IMG/VR virus record: IMGVR_UViG_3300002098_001673
Location: 32,001 to 96,000 of that record
Direction: 5' to 3' (one strand)
Length of the DNA stretch: 64,000 bases
Source: a virus
Translations under genes and position numbers: made by a program
In this document: one piece after another, positions 28,626 to 37,804 of the stretch
Layout: each line of letters opens with the position of its first letter
Position numbering within the stretch: the first letter of the stretch is position 1
The notes under the pieces: model-generated
The model's input: the letters and a program-made list of their open reading frames with translations, nothing else
Database searches by the model: none
Told to the model about the DNA's origin: nothing

Positions 28626-29220
28626 TAAGTGTAAGGTAGAGAAAGATGTTTGTGAGTTTTATAAACACAGTAAAAAACCAAACATTTATAGATGTCAATG
28701 TAAGAAATGTATGAATGAATTTTCTTTTGATTATAAGAAAAAAAATGCAAAAATAATTTCTAAAAAGGGAAAACAATTTAGGTTAGAAAATCCTGAGATT
28801 AACAAAGAAAAATGTCGGATTTATAAAAAAAATAATCCTGACCATTTTAAAAAATGGGTAGATAAAAATAAAGAACGCAGAAAAAAATATATAAATGAGT
28901 ACAATTCAGACCCAAAAAATAAAATTAAAAATTCTTTGAGGTCTAGAATAAATCAATTACTTAATAAAAAATATAAAAATCCGAGAACACTTGAACTTGT
29001 TGGTTGTGATTACGAATTTTTAATAAAATATATTGAAAATAAATTTACCGAAGGTATGTCTTGGGATAATTATGGTTATTATGGATGGCATATTGACCAC
29101 ATAATACCCGTCTCATCTGTTAAAACAGAAGAAGATATTTACAAACTTTACCATTATACAAATCTTCAACCACTATGGGCCAAAGATAATCTTATAAAAA
29201 GTGATAAGATTTTAGTTTAA
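28606..29220 (+). CDS. Free-standing HNH endonuclease
   Basis: N-terminal CSKC...CKKC; C-terminal WHIDHIIP...HYTNLQPLWAKDNLIK. Confidence 0.85.
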   Translation: MKKKICSKCKVEKDVCEFYKHSKKPNIYRCQCKKCMNEFSFDYKKKNAKIISKKGKQFRLENPEINKEKCRIYKKNNPDHFKKWVDKNKERRKKYINEYNSDPKNKIKNSLRSRINQLLNKKYKNPRTLELVGCDYEFLIKYIENKFTEGMSWDNYGYYGWHIDHIIPVSSVKTEEDIYKLYHYTNLQPLWAKDNLIKSDKILV

Positions 29221-30902
29221 CATTCTTTTCTTAGAGAGTGGTCATAATGTTCAAATCTATGGTGTTCAGTTGGTGTTAACAATAACAAACCAGGATTAAT
29301 ATTTCCTTTAACTGTTTCTTGATAACAATGAGACATCAAAGTGTTTTCAAAAGGATGAGCCCACTTAGTTTCTAAATAACATTTATAATTACCTTTTTTG
29401 GTTAAAAGAATTGGCCAATTACACAAAAAGATTTCACCATCAACATATGACAAACCTTGATGTGTCTTTATTGATTTAAATTTAGTTCTTGGTGCATTTG
29501 GGTCTAATCCTTGCACAGGTAATGATTGTTTTTCGGGAAATAACTCTCTTCTTTTGTCTTGCGGTAAGTTGTACCAACTCCACTGCGTACCATTATCACC
29601 GTAAAATTCAGTAAAATTCAATTTTAAAAAGTCAAAATTTTCTTGTTTAATTATTGATAGTGTTTTTTGATATAAGTTTGGAACGAATCTATTAAAACCA
29701 TTTCTACATACTTCACCTTTTTTAGGATAAAATGCCATGTCATCTTCAAACCAATAATAAAAATCCAATCCTGTTTCATCAAAATGTTCTGCAACAAATA
29801 CTCTCCCCCCAACAATTCCAATATTATCTTTCTTAATATGTTCAAATCCGTATTCATCACAAAGTTGTTTATATCTTGTAGTTGTTGATAAATCGGTTGA
29901 ATTGTCTAATAAAAATTTTTTAGGTTTAAGAATAAAATCTTTATCATATTCTAACATTGATTGGATTAATCTTTCAAATTGTTTTGGACTATTGAATGTT
30001 ATAACATATAACCCACATTTATTAATATCTAAATTATTTGTTATTTCACTAACGGGATTAGTTTTATTTTCGCTTTTAACTAATAAAGTATCGTTTTTTA
30101 AATCTTCAAAAAACCTACCAATTAACCCATTAGATTCTATTTCGAAATAGTTTATCAAATCAGAGTGTCTATATACCATGATGGAAAATATGCTTTCTTC
30201 GGTCCCCATATAACCCTCATCTAATGTAGATTTTAATATACTATAATATAATCCATTAATATCAGATATCGTATGTTTTGGTCCACCAAAGAATCCTCCA
30301 CGACCAACTTTATTTACTTTATCACCAGCGATTGAATTTAATTTATTATATTCAAATCCATGAATTTCTGTTTCAGCATCATATGGAAAACATATAAAAG
30401 AAAATTTTGAAATATATTTAGATAATTTTTCTAAAACTTTATCATGTGTAAAATAACCTGGATGTACTGTATTTGTTAAACCCCCATCAATCCAAAACAT
30501 ATATTCTGAATTAAATTTATCCATAATTTTGGCATCATTTAATAAGAATACTTTGGACATTACAAGTGGATTGTAATTTTCTAATTTTGCTTGAGTAGAT
30601 TCTCTTAACCAACTTGACCTATTTAACCAATCTTCTTGAGTTCTGATTTTTTGAATTTTATCATAAAATTCATTCTCTTTAAACCAAGATAATGGTCTTA
30701 CAATAAATTGGGTATTTGAATCATTTCTTCTGTCTGAAACAAATTTTTTAAGTTCTTCATCTCCAAAAATTATAAGATTGTTATCAATTTCTAAAAGTTT
30801 TTCAAATTTATCTAAATAATGTTGATAAGTTCTTGACCATCCTTCGGTGAGGTTTCCTCTACCAATATCCCAAATACCTGTTACCAATGTTATATTACTC
30901 AT
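29217..30902 (-). CDS. HtrL/YibB-like domain fused to a GT-A-fold glycosyltransferase domain
   Basis: TLVTGIWDIGR...FWIDGGL...GGFFGG; C-terminal YVITFN...LLDNS...WFEDDM. Confidence 0.65.
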   Translation of the reverse strand: MSNITLVTGIWDIGRGNLTEGWSRTYQHYLDKFEKLLEIDNNLIIFGDEELKKFVSDRRNDSNTQFIVRPLSWFKENEFYDKIQKIRTQEDWLNRSSWLRESTQAKLENYNPLVMSKVFLLNDAKIMDKFNSEYMFWIDGGLTNTVHPGYFTHDKVLEKLSKYISKFSFICFPYDAETEIHGFEYNKLNSIAGDKVNKVGRGGFFGGPKHTISDINGLYYSILKSTLDEGYMGTEESIFSIMVYRHSDLINYFEIESNGLIGRFFEDLKNDTLLVKSENKTNPVSEITNNLDINKCGLYVITFNSPKQFERLIQSMLEYDKDFILKPKKFLLDNSTDLSTTTRYKQLCDEYGFEHIKKDNIGIVGGRVFVAEHFDETGLDFYYWFEDDMAFYPKKGEVCRNGFNRFVPNLYQKTLSIIKQENFDFLKLNFTEFYGDNGTQWSWYNLPQDKRRELFPEKQSLPVQGLDPNAPRTKFKSIKTHQGLSYVDGEIFLCNWPILLTKKGNYKCYLETKWAHPFENTLMSHCYQETVKGNINPGLLLLTPTEHHRFEHYDHSLRKEC

Positions 30903-31776
30903 ATATTCTATTAAATTCTTCTAAAATTTTATAAAAACTTTTATTCTTTTCAAGAGTTTCATCTGAAACTCCTTGAGGAGCATTTCCTTTATACCACCAA
31001 ATATCAAAATCTTTTCTTTCAAATAATTCTTTATGATTTACGTTCATTAAACTCATAATAACCTCCTCATGTAAAATTACTTTATCTTCGATTATAATCT
31101 TTTGAAGATAATCTTCAAATATATTTACAACTTCATCCCACTTATCTTTATGACCACCAAATAACCCACCAATAATGTGAATACTTCTATCATATTCTTT
31201 ATACCATTTAGGGTCAACAGTACCTGACCAATAATTTCTGTCATTTTCTTTTCCAAGTAATAAAAATTTATCATTAGTATCTTTTATAAGATTTTTTAAA
31301 AAATTATTATTAAATAAAATACTTTCATAATATCTTGCTTGAGAATGGTTGTTAACCAAATATTTTTCAGGAATTAATCCGCAATGTGATAATCCAGCGT
31401 CAATCCAATAATAATAATCATAAGATTTATCTTCATTCCACCACCAATGAAATTTACTATATTGTATTTCAATACATCTGTCAGATTTTTTTGTTTCATC
31501 AATATTTTTATATTGATTAATTAATTCTTTAAACTTTGTTTCTGATATATCAAATATTTTAAATATTAATTTATCTGAAGAAATATTATTTTCTTTATAA
31601 AAAAAATTAATTAAGTCATCTATTTCCCTATCTGATGTGTAACATAAAAAATCTGCATCAGTCATTTTTAGTAGTGACAATAAACTATATTTATAATGGC
31701 CACCTCTACTTGGTCTTCCACCAAATTTGGTTCCATGTAAATCGCTATAAATTGATGTTATAAATTTAATTTTCAT
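30895..31776 (-). CDS. HtrL/YibB-like putative glycosyltransferase
   Basis: YWIDAGLSH...IGGLFGG...HEEVIMS; likely start ATG 31776. Confidence 0.6.
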   Translation of the reverse strand: MKIKFITSIYSDLHGTKFGGRPSRGGHYKYSLLSLLKMTDADFLCYTSDREIDDLINFFYKENNISSDKLIFKIFDISETKFKELINQYKNIDETKKSDRCIEIQYSKFHWWWNEDKSYDYYYWIDAGLSHCGLIPEKYLVNNHSQARYYESILFNNNFLKNLIKDTNDKFLLLGKENDRNYWSGTVDPKWYKEYDRSIHIIGGLFGGHKDKWDEVVNIFEDYLQKIIIEDKVILHEEVIMSLMNVNHKELFERKDFDIWWYKGNAPQGVSDETLEKNKSFYKILEEFNRIYE

Positions 31777-31780
31777 AAAA

Positions 31781-32500
31781 TTAATTATTAAATCTTTGTG
31801 AATAATGTTTATTACCCCAATCAGAAAAATGAGGCAAATGAAATGGTGCAAAATTATTTGTTGGTTTGATTGAATGTGTTATATGTGTATAATAAATTCT
31901 ACCCATCATATCTCCATCTTCTCCACCCCATCCTTCATATTTTTCATCAAATCCACCTAACGATAATAATAATTCGGTATCACATAAATAAACACCACCA
32001 AGTCCACCTGTATGGTGTCTTAATGGTCCATTTTCTCTCGCCCCTGAATAAGCGTAAGACCAATTAGCTTTATCAATAATAAAATTACCATCGATAATAT
32101 AATCAGATATATTGTCTTCTAATTTTGCTAAATCAAAAGTACAAACATCTCCTTTATTCAATCCTTTAATTAAATTAAATAAAACTTCATAATCTTTTTC
32201 ATAAAAAAAAGCGTCACAATCTATCATCATAAAAAAATCATAATTTTTTTTATCTTTTAAAATAATATTAGTTTTTTCCGCTTTTTTATAAACACCTAAA
32301 GGATATGATATATGAATCGAATCAGGCATAATTTGTTCAGGAGAAAAATCGTATAGAGTTGATGATACATTAATTCCATTATTTTGAAGATACTTTGTTA
32401 ATTTTTTTAATTCATTCCATGAAAAATTAACATTTCTAATTCTTGTTGAATTTTCATGACCATCATCCCAAAATTTCATATTTAAAGAAATACTATTCAT
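31781..32500 (-). CDS. GT2/GT7-type (galactosyltransferase-like) glycosyltransferase
   Basis: DxD in IDCDAF; GGFDEKYEGWGGEDGD. Confidence 0.75.
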   Translation of the reverse strand: MNSISLNMKFWDDGHENSTRIRNVNFSWNELKKLTKYLQNNGINVSSTLYDFSPEQIMPDSIHISYPLGVYKKAEKTNIILKDKKNYDFFMMIDCDAFFYEKDYEVLFNLIKGLNKGDVCTFDLAKLEDNISDYIIDGNFIIDKANWSYAYSGARENGPLRHHTGGLGGVYLCDTELLLSLGGFDEKYEGWGGEDGDMMGRIYYTHITHSIKPTNNFAPFHLPHFSDWGNKHYSQRFNN

Positions 32501-33428
32501 TAATTAAAGTTTTAATTTTTTCCCAAACGCTATAATTTGAATTTGTAAAATATTCTTGTTTTAATTTTTTTACATTGTTAATGTGAAAATTATATAATTC
32601 AGTTTCGTTATTAATTATATCTTTAATTTTATGTACCATTTCATCCATTGTCATGGCATTTAAAGAAATGTAACATTCTTTAGGTAACAAATCATTAATG
32701 TTTGAACATCCTAAATAAATCGGTACAGTATCTGTTAAAATAACATCCCAAAATTTTTCACTGATATAATTTTTTTGAATTGTATTTTCACAAGCTATTG
32801 AAAATTTATATTGGTCAAGACCAATATGTTTATTCCATACTTCACCTTTAATATTTTTACCGTTATTTTCCCAATAAGTTCCAAATATATCAATTCGTTC
32901 ATCTGTAGATAAATTAATACCCAAATTGGTTCTTTCTTCGTAATTTATTTTATTAGTATTTGGATTCTGTAAATGATTATAATGACTATAATGGTCTTTT
33001 CTAACAATAATTGATATTATTTTGTCTTTTGAATAATTTTTATTTTTCAGTTTTAAAGACCAATCAAATTCTTCTCTACTATCATTCTCTCCTCTTCCGG
33101 CATAAAACATAGGTAATAGTGTTTCAATATATTCTTCTCTATCAGGATATTCTCTTTTATCTGATATTAAAATTTTTGAACAATAATTATGTATATCATC
33201 TTTTGGTTGGTTTGGAGACCATAATGGTTCTTGTGAAATATAAAAAGTTTTATCTTTTGAAGTTTCAATTTTAGTCCAATCAGTTTTACCAAAAACTATG
33301 GTAAAATCAGGATTTTCATTAACAAATGAATAATTAATCAAATCATCATTTGGTACAAATTGTTTTATCATTCTTGTATTCAATGAATATGTATCTGTCC
33401 ACCAACACTCTAATTTTATTTTAATCAT
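32493..33428 (-). CDS. GT10 alpha-1,3-fucosyltransferase-like
   Basis: YKFSIACENTIQKNYISEKFWD...VPIYLG. Confidence 0.85.
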   Translation of the reverse strand: MIKIKLECWWTDTYSLNTRMIKQFVPNDDLINYSFVNENPDFTIVFGKTDWTKIETSKDKTFYISQEPLWSPNQPKDDIHNYCSKILISDKREYPDREEYIETLLPMFYAGRGENDSREEFDWSLKLKNKNYSKDKIISIIVRKDHYSHYNHLQNPNTNKINYEERTNLGINLSTDERIDIFGTYWENNGKNIKGEVWNKHIGLDQYKFSIACENTIQKNYISEKFWDVILTDTVPIYLGCSNINDLLPKECYISLNAMTMDEMVHKIKDIINNETELYNFHINNVKKLKQEYFTNSNYSVWEKIKTLINE

Positions 33429-34024
33429 ATAATTTCTAAAGATAAACTATTGTATCTTACAAATTTATCAGGACAATATCTAAAAGTATGTTCATTTTTT
33501 AACTTTCTAATATCTAAAGCATAATGTCCATCAGCATTCCTATAATTAACATCACGTATATATGTTTTTTTTAACATACGATATCTAATCATACAAGACG
33601 CAATATCAAAAAGACCCAAATCAAATCTATGTTCACCATCACCATACAATCTAATTTTTTCTGTTAACCCCGCTTTTTGTGAAAATAAAACTAAATCAAT
33701 ATTTGAATTTATTTCTTCATTATATGTAGAAATTAAATCCCATGTAACAACATTATCATCATCTAAAAAATAACACCAATCATTATCGTCAACATGAATA
33801 TCGGTTATAAAATAATTTCTTTGTTCATGTCCCCAAATATGTGAAGTATATATTTTATAAAATTTAACTCTTTTATCTTCTTTTAAAAAAGAAAAATTAT
33901 CTTCTCCAATAGTATTATTACCCTCAATTAAATGCCAATTAAAATCGTCTATTTGATGTTTAATTGTTGAATATATTATCTTTATATTGTTATAACGATA
34001 AAGTGGTGTTATAAAATGAATCAT
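33425..34024 (-). CDS. GT-A glycosyltransferase, GT43 (glucuronosyltransferase)-like
   Basis: FITPLYR, EQRNY, YFLDDDN and FDIAS parallel the GT43 motifs TPTY, QRN, YFADDDN and IDMAG. Confidence 0.6.
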   Translation of the reverse strand: MIHFITPLYRYNNIKIIYSTIKHQIDDFNWHLIEGNNTIGEDNFSFLKEDKRVKFYKIYTSHIWGHEQRNYFITDIHVDDNDWCYFLDDDNVVTWDLISTYNEEINSNIDLVLFSQKAGLTEKIRLYGDGEHRFDLGLFDIASCMIRYRMLKKTYIRDVNYRNADGHYALDIRKLKNEHTFRYCPDKFVRYNSLSLEII

Positions 34025-34776
34025 AATTTATCTTTATTTTCTTTAAAAAATTTTTCATATGGATATAAATTAACGTCTTCTAATAATGGGTCACAATCAA
34101 TTCCAAACATACCACTTATCCCACTTTTAGAATTACCACATTTATATTTTTCATTAAACGTAAAATTTCTATTAAAAAAAGAATATTTTCCAACTCCAGG
34201 TTTTACGTGTTCATGTCTTACATCTGAAATTATATTATGAATTCCTTGAGCGTATAATCGATAAACATCTTTATTTTTTTTATTTAACATTCGATAAGTT
34301 ATATCCCCATCTTCTTCACCAAAACCTAATAATCGTTCATCAAAATACCCTAATTCATCCATTAAATCTTTATTGGTAACAAAAAATGAAAAAGTATCGT
34401 TTATCTTTGATAGACCGTAATACATTTCAGAATCAATATGTGACGAAACAACTTCAAATAAATTATCGTTATATATTTGAATATCATCATTTAAAATTAA
34501 AATATCTTTTTTAGTTGAATGAACTATTAATGTATTCCACATTTTAGATAAACCTCTCATTTCCACAAAAAATATTGGAAACACATTTTCATATGATAAA
34601 CAAATGTTTAATATATTTTTCCTATATTCCTCATTAAATTCCCCATTTTTTTCACCATTTATACATAAGATAATATTATTATTAACTCCGATGTCTCTAA
34701 TACTTTTAACCAATGAACTTATAAAATCAAATCTTAGTGAAAAAGTTGTAATTCCAATATCAAAATTATTTTTCAT
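34021..34776 (-). CDS. GT2-family glycosyltransferase
   Basis: ILNDDI; GYFDERLLGFGEEDGD. Confidence 0.75.
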   Translation of the reverse strand: MKNNFDIGITTFSLRFDFISSLVKSIRDIGVNNNIILCINGEKNGEFNEEYRKNILNICLSYENVFPIFFVEMRGLSKMWNTLIVHSTKKDILILNDDIQIYNDNLFEVVSSHIDSEMYYGLSKINDTFSFFVTNKDLMDELGYFDERLLGFGEEDGDITYRMLNKKNKDVYRLYAQGIHNIISDVRHEHVKPGVGKYSFFNRNFTFNEKYKCGNSKSGISGMFGIDCDPLLEDVNLYPYEKFFKENKDKL

Positions 34777-35320
34777 ATATCCAACAAGCCCCCATTTGTT
34801 TTATATTTTTTTTATCTTTAAAAAATTCATTGACTGCAGAATAAACACCACAATCATAATGATAATCATGTCCCGCAATAATACCATTCTCTTTTATTTT
34901 TGGATACCATGAATTAATGTCTTTAGTAACACTTTCATGGTCATGTCCTGCATCAATAAAAACAAAATCTAAACTATTATCCACATAATTTATAGATGTT
35001 TCCCATGAAACACCTTTAACAATATTTATATTATTTTTTACAGGTTCAATATTTTTTTTGAAAATATCAAATAAATTATAAAACATATCTTTTTCAATCT
35101 CATTTGAAGTTTCAACATATTCCCAAGTATCGACACAATCAAATTGTATATTTTTTTTAGAATTAATAATTTCAACAGCCATAAAACAAGCACTAGTTCC
35201 TTTCCACACACCGACTTCTACAAAGTGAGAACCATCACCAAATTTAGAAACCATTGAAGAATATAAATCTTCATAACCAAACCAATTTTCGCTATTAATA
35301 TTTTTATAAAAATGTTCCAT
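34766..35320 (-). CDS. Class I SAM methyltransferase (Methyltransf_24-like)
   Basis: VEVGVWKGTS; DFVFIDAGHD; GIIAGHDY. Confidence 0.85.
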   Translation of the reverse strand: MEHFYKNINSENWFGYEDLYSSMVSKFGDGSHFVEVGVWKGTSACFMAVEIINSKKNIQFDCVDTWEYVETSNEIEKDMFYNLFDIFKKNIEPVKNNINIVKGVSWETSINYVDNSLDFVFIDAGHDHESVTKDINSWYPKIKENGIIAGHDYHYDCGVYSAVNEFFKDKKNIKQMGACWIYEK

Positions 35321-36194
35321 TAGTTATTATATTATATATATTATTTGATAATTTTAATTTAAAATCAAAATACCATTTTATTAATTCATTTTGTAAATGA
35401 TAATATTTTTCATTATCCATCATGTAATATTTTTTAATTTCATCCCATGAACTAACAATAGGTAATGGAGAATTACCCCAAACTTTAATAAAATAGTTTA
35501 AATTATTATAATTTTTTAAAATTGGAATAGACCCTGATTCTAGACATTCCATTATCCTAAATGAATCAGGATGAACCCAACCCATGGGACAAGGAACAAA
35601 TTTTGTTTTATTATAAATTGAAATACATTCATTTTGAGTTAACGATGTTGAACAATTCCAAGAATTTGTTTTATGAATAAAAACATTTTCCATTTGTTCC
35701 ATAATTGATAATAGTTCTTGTCTATCTGACTTTGATTGACCAATGAATGAAAACTCATATTCTTTTATTATCGAAGTAATATTATTATTTTTATTAATAA
35801 ATCCTGATTTAACACCTAAAGGAATAAATGTAACATTATTATTAACAATATTAGAATCATAATAATTTCTAAAAACATGTTTAGCTTTTGAGTAATATTT
35901 ACAATTATGTTCTAAGCTTTCATTAGAAAAATGTAATAAATAAAACGTATATCCAAGTTCGACAAATTTATTTAAATAATTATTAAATTCTTCAGATATA
36001 TTATTTAAATTGTTAGAATAAATTATCACAGAATTATCTAAAACTGTTAATAATTTACCATCATCAAAAATTCTTTTTTGTTTAAAGTTTTTAAATAAAA
36101 TTTCCGTAGTATATTCAAATTCAAAAGTTGTTTGGTCTCCATTAAATGTTTGCCAAATTAAATTAATTTTATCCTCAATTTTTGTTGATACCAT
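35304..36194 (-). CDS. GT47 exostosin-like glycosyltransferase
   Basis: FSFIG...KFVPCPMG...DSFRIMECLESGSIPI. Confidence 0.75.
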   Translation of the reverse strand: MVSTKIEDKINLIWQTFNGDQTTFEFEYTTEILFKNFKQKRIFDDGKLLTVLDNSVIIYSNNLNNISEEFNNYLNKFVELGYTFYLLHFSNESLEHNCKYYSKAKHVFRNYYDSNIVNNNVTFIPLGVKSGFINKNNNITSIIKEYEFSFIGQSKSDRQELLSIMEQMENVFIHKTNSWNCSTSLTQNECISIYNKTKFVPCPMGWVHPDSFRIMECLESGSIPILKNYNNLNYFIKVWGNSPLPIVSSWDEIKKYYMMDNEKYYHLQNELIKWYFDFKLKLSNNIYNIITNGTFL

Positions 36195-36202
36195 ATAAAA
36201 AA

Positions 36203-37468
36203 TTAACTAACAACATTATTTAATTGTCCTGTAATTCTATCACACCATCCTTTTGATTCTGAGTGTGGCCAAACAACCCAATATGTTGGCATAGTCGCCG
36301 TTTGAAATTCTCTCCAAACTTTACAATATTTATCTGGGTCTCTAAAATACCCATCAATTTCATTCTTATCAGAATCTTTTCTGAATAATGTTTCGTCATT
36401 TGGTCCATGAAATGCAACAACCCAAAAATCATAATCTTTCTCTGGAACACTAGAATATCCTATATCAATACAATGTTTGAATACGGATGCGAAATCTTGT
36501 TTCCAAGCTTCTTCTGAATCATAATTGTATGGATTTGGAGGATAATTTTTATCAATAGTATATTGTTGAATAGCTCTTCTTTCAAATAATAAACCAGAAT
36601 ACTTCTCATAATCTCTTAAAGTTCTTAAAGGTCCGAAACCAAATAAACCATCATGACCTTCTTGTATTTCCCCATCCATACCGAATAATTTCCTATTTGT
36701 TAAATGAGATATTCTATTTCTTTCTCCCCATCCTTTATCATCATCCCATTGTTTTGTTCTACCTTTACGAGTGTATTCATGATATACGACAGGAATGTGT
36801 GGATGGAACAAATCATAACCCCATGTATACGCTCTTGCAGCAATAGAAATTTCTTCACCATGAAAATAGTATTCAGGGTTATGTTGAACTTCTGTTGAGA
36901 ATTGCCCTAAAGTAAAACAAAAGTGTGCGGAATAAAATCTTGCAGTTACTGGTTTTTTCATTTCTCTCCATCCTGGAATTGTTTCAGGTAAAAAGAATAC
37001 CGCTCCTTCAGGAATAAATCTATCAAATACCATTCTCCAAGCGTCTGGAGCTCTTCCTGCTGGGTCATTTTCAGGGTCAAAAGATGGTACGTATCCCGTA
37101 AGTAGAGGTTTTTGATATCCATCTTTTTGAAGCCCTTTTATCATTTTAATTAGGATATCATCCCAATCTTTAACAAATCTCATATGTGAATCTATTTGAA
37201 GAGTATATTCTTCACCATCATAAAGTTGTTGTGTTAAATTTCTTGCCCAACATACTCCTTTAGCATCTTGATATGGAATATCAATTATTTTAAATCTTTT
37301 ATCTTTTCTATATTCGTCAAGATTATCAAATTCATCTGTTTCACTAAATTGTCTAGCGATTGATAATACTAAATTTTTTGGACGCTTGGCATTTGCCAAC
37401 ATATCTTTAATTGTTGGAACAAGTTGAGGGTCGCGGTATGATGCGATTTGAATGAAAATTTTACTCAT
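36203..37468 (-). CDS. GT60-like polypeptide alpha-GlcNAc transferase (Skp1 GlcNAc-transferase family)
   Basis: IFIQIASYRDP, GVCWAR, QIDSHMRF, FHGEEI, AYTWGYDLFHP. Confidence 0.85.
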   Translation of the reverse strand: MSKIFIQIASYRDPQLVPTIKDMLANAKRPKNLVLSIARQFSETDEFDNLDEYRKDKRFKIIDIPYQDAKGVCWARNLTQQLYDGEEYTLQIDSHMRFVKDWDDILIKMIKGLQKDGYQKPLLTGYVPSFDPENDPAGRAPDAWRMVFDRFIPEGAVFFLPETIPGWREMKKPVTARFYSAHFCFTLGQFSTEVQHNPEYYFHGEEISIAARAYTWGYDLFHPHIPVVYHEYTRKGRTKQWDDDKGWGERNRISHLTNRKLFGMDGEIQEGHDGLFGFGPLRTLRDYEKYSGLLFERRAIQQYTIDKNYPPNPYNYDSEEAWKQDFASVFKHCIDIGYSSVPEKDYDFWVVAFHGPNDETLFRKDSDKNEIDGYFRDPDKYCKVWREFQTATMPTYWVVWPHSESKGWCDRITGQLNNVVS

Positions 37469-37488
37469 TAAAATATAATTTGTATTAA

Positions 37489-37521
37489 AAATAGAAAACC
37501 CTATCTAAAAAGATAGGGCTT
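37489..37521 (-). terminator. Intrinsic terminator between the fibre genes and GT cluster 1
   Basis: ccctatct-aaaa-agataggg stem-loop; minus strand continues UUUUCUAUUUUU. Confidence 0.7.
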
Positions 37522-37540
37522 AAATTATTTTTTTTTAAAA

Positions 37541-37750
37541 TTAAGATGTTGGAGGAAATGCTCCATCATCAATAAATTCTATCGATGATTTAAATGCTGT
37601 TGAATATGTATTATCAATTAACCATATATTTTTAATTTGATTTGGTTCTAATTCTACTTGATATTCCCACATTGAATCATCACATCTTCTATAATTAAAA
37701 TTGACTATTGTTGAGCCAGTATTTATTAAAGTATATTTGCTACATGCCAT
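37541..37750 (-). CDS. Small putative virion protein (69 aa)
   Basis: MACSKYTLINTGSTIVNFNYRRC...PPTS; TATTTAT motif upstream, terminator downstream. Confidence 0.6.
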   Translation of the reverse strand: MACSKYTLINTGSTIVNFNYRRCDDSMWEYQVELEPNQIKNIWLIDNTYSTAFKSSIEFIDDGAFPPTS

Positions 37751-37804
37751 AATGTTATATTTAATATATAAATATCAATAATTTATAAAAAAACAAAATA
37801 TAAA

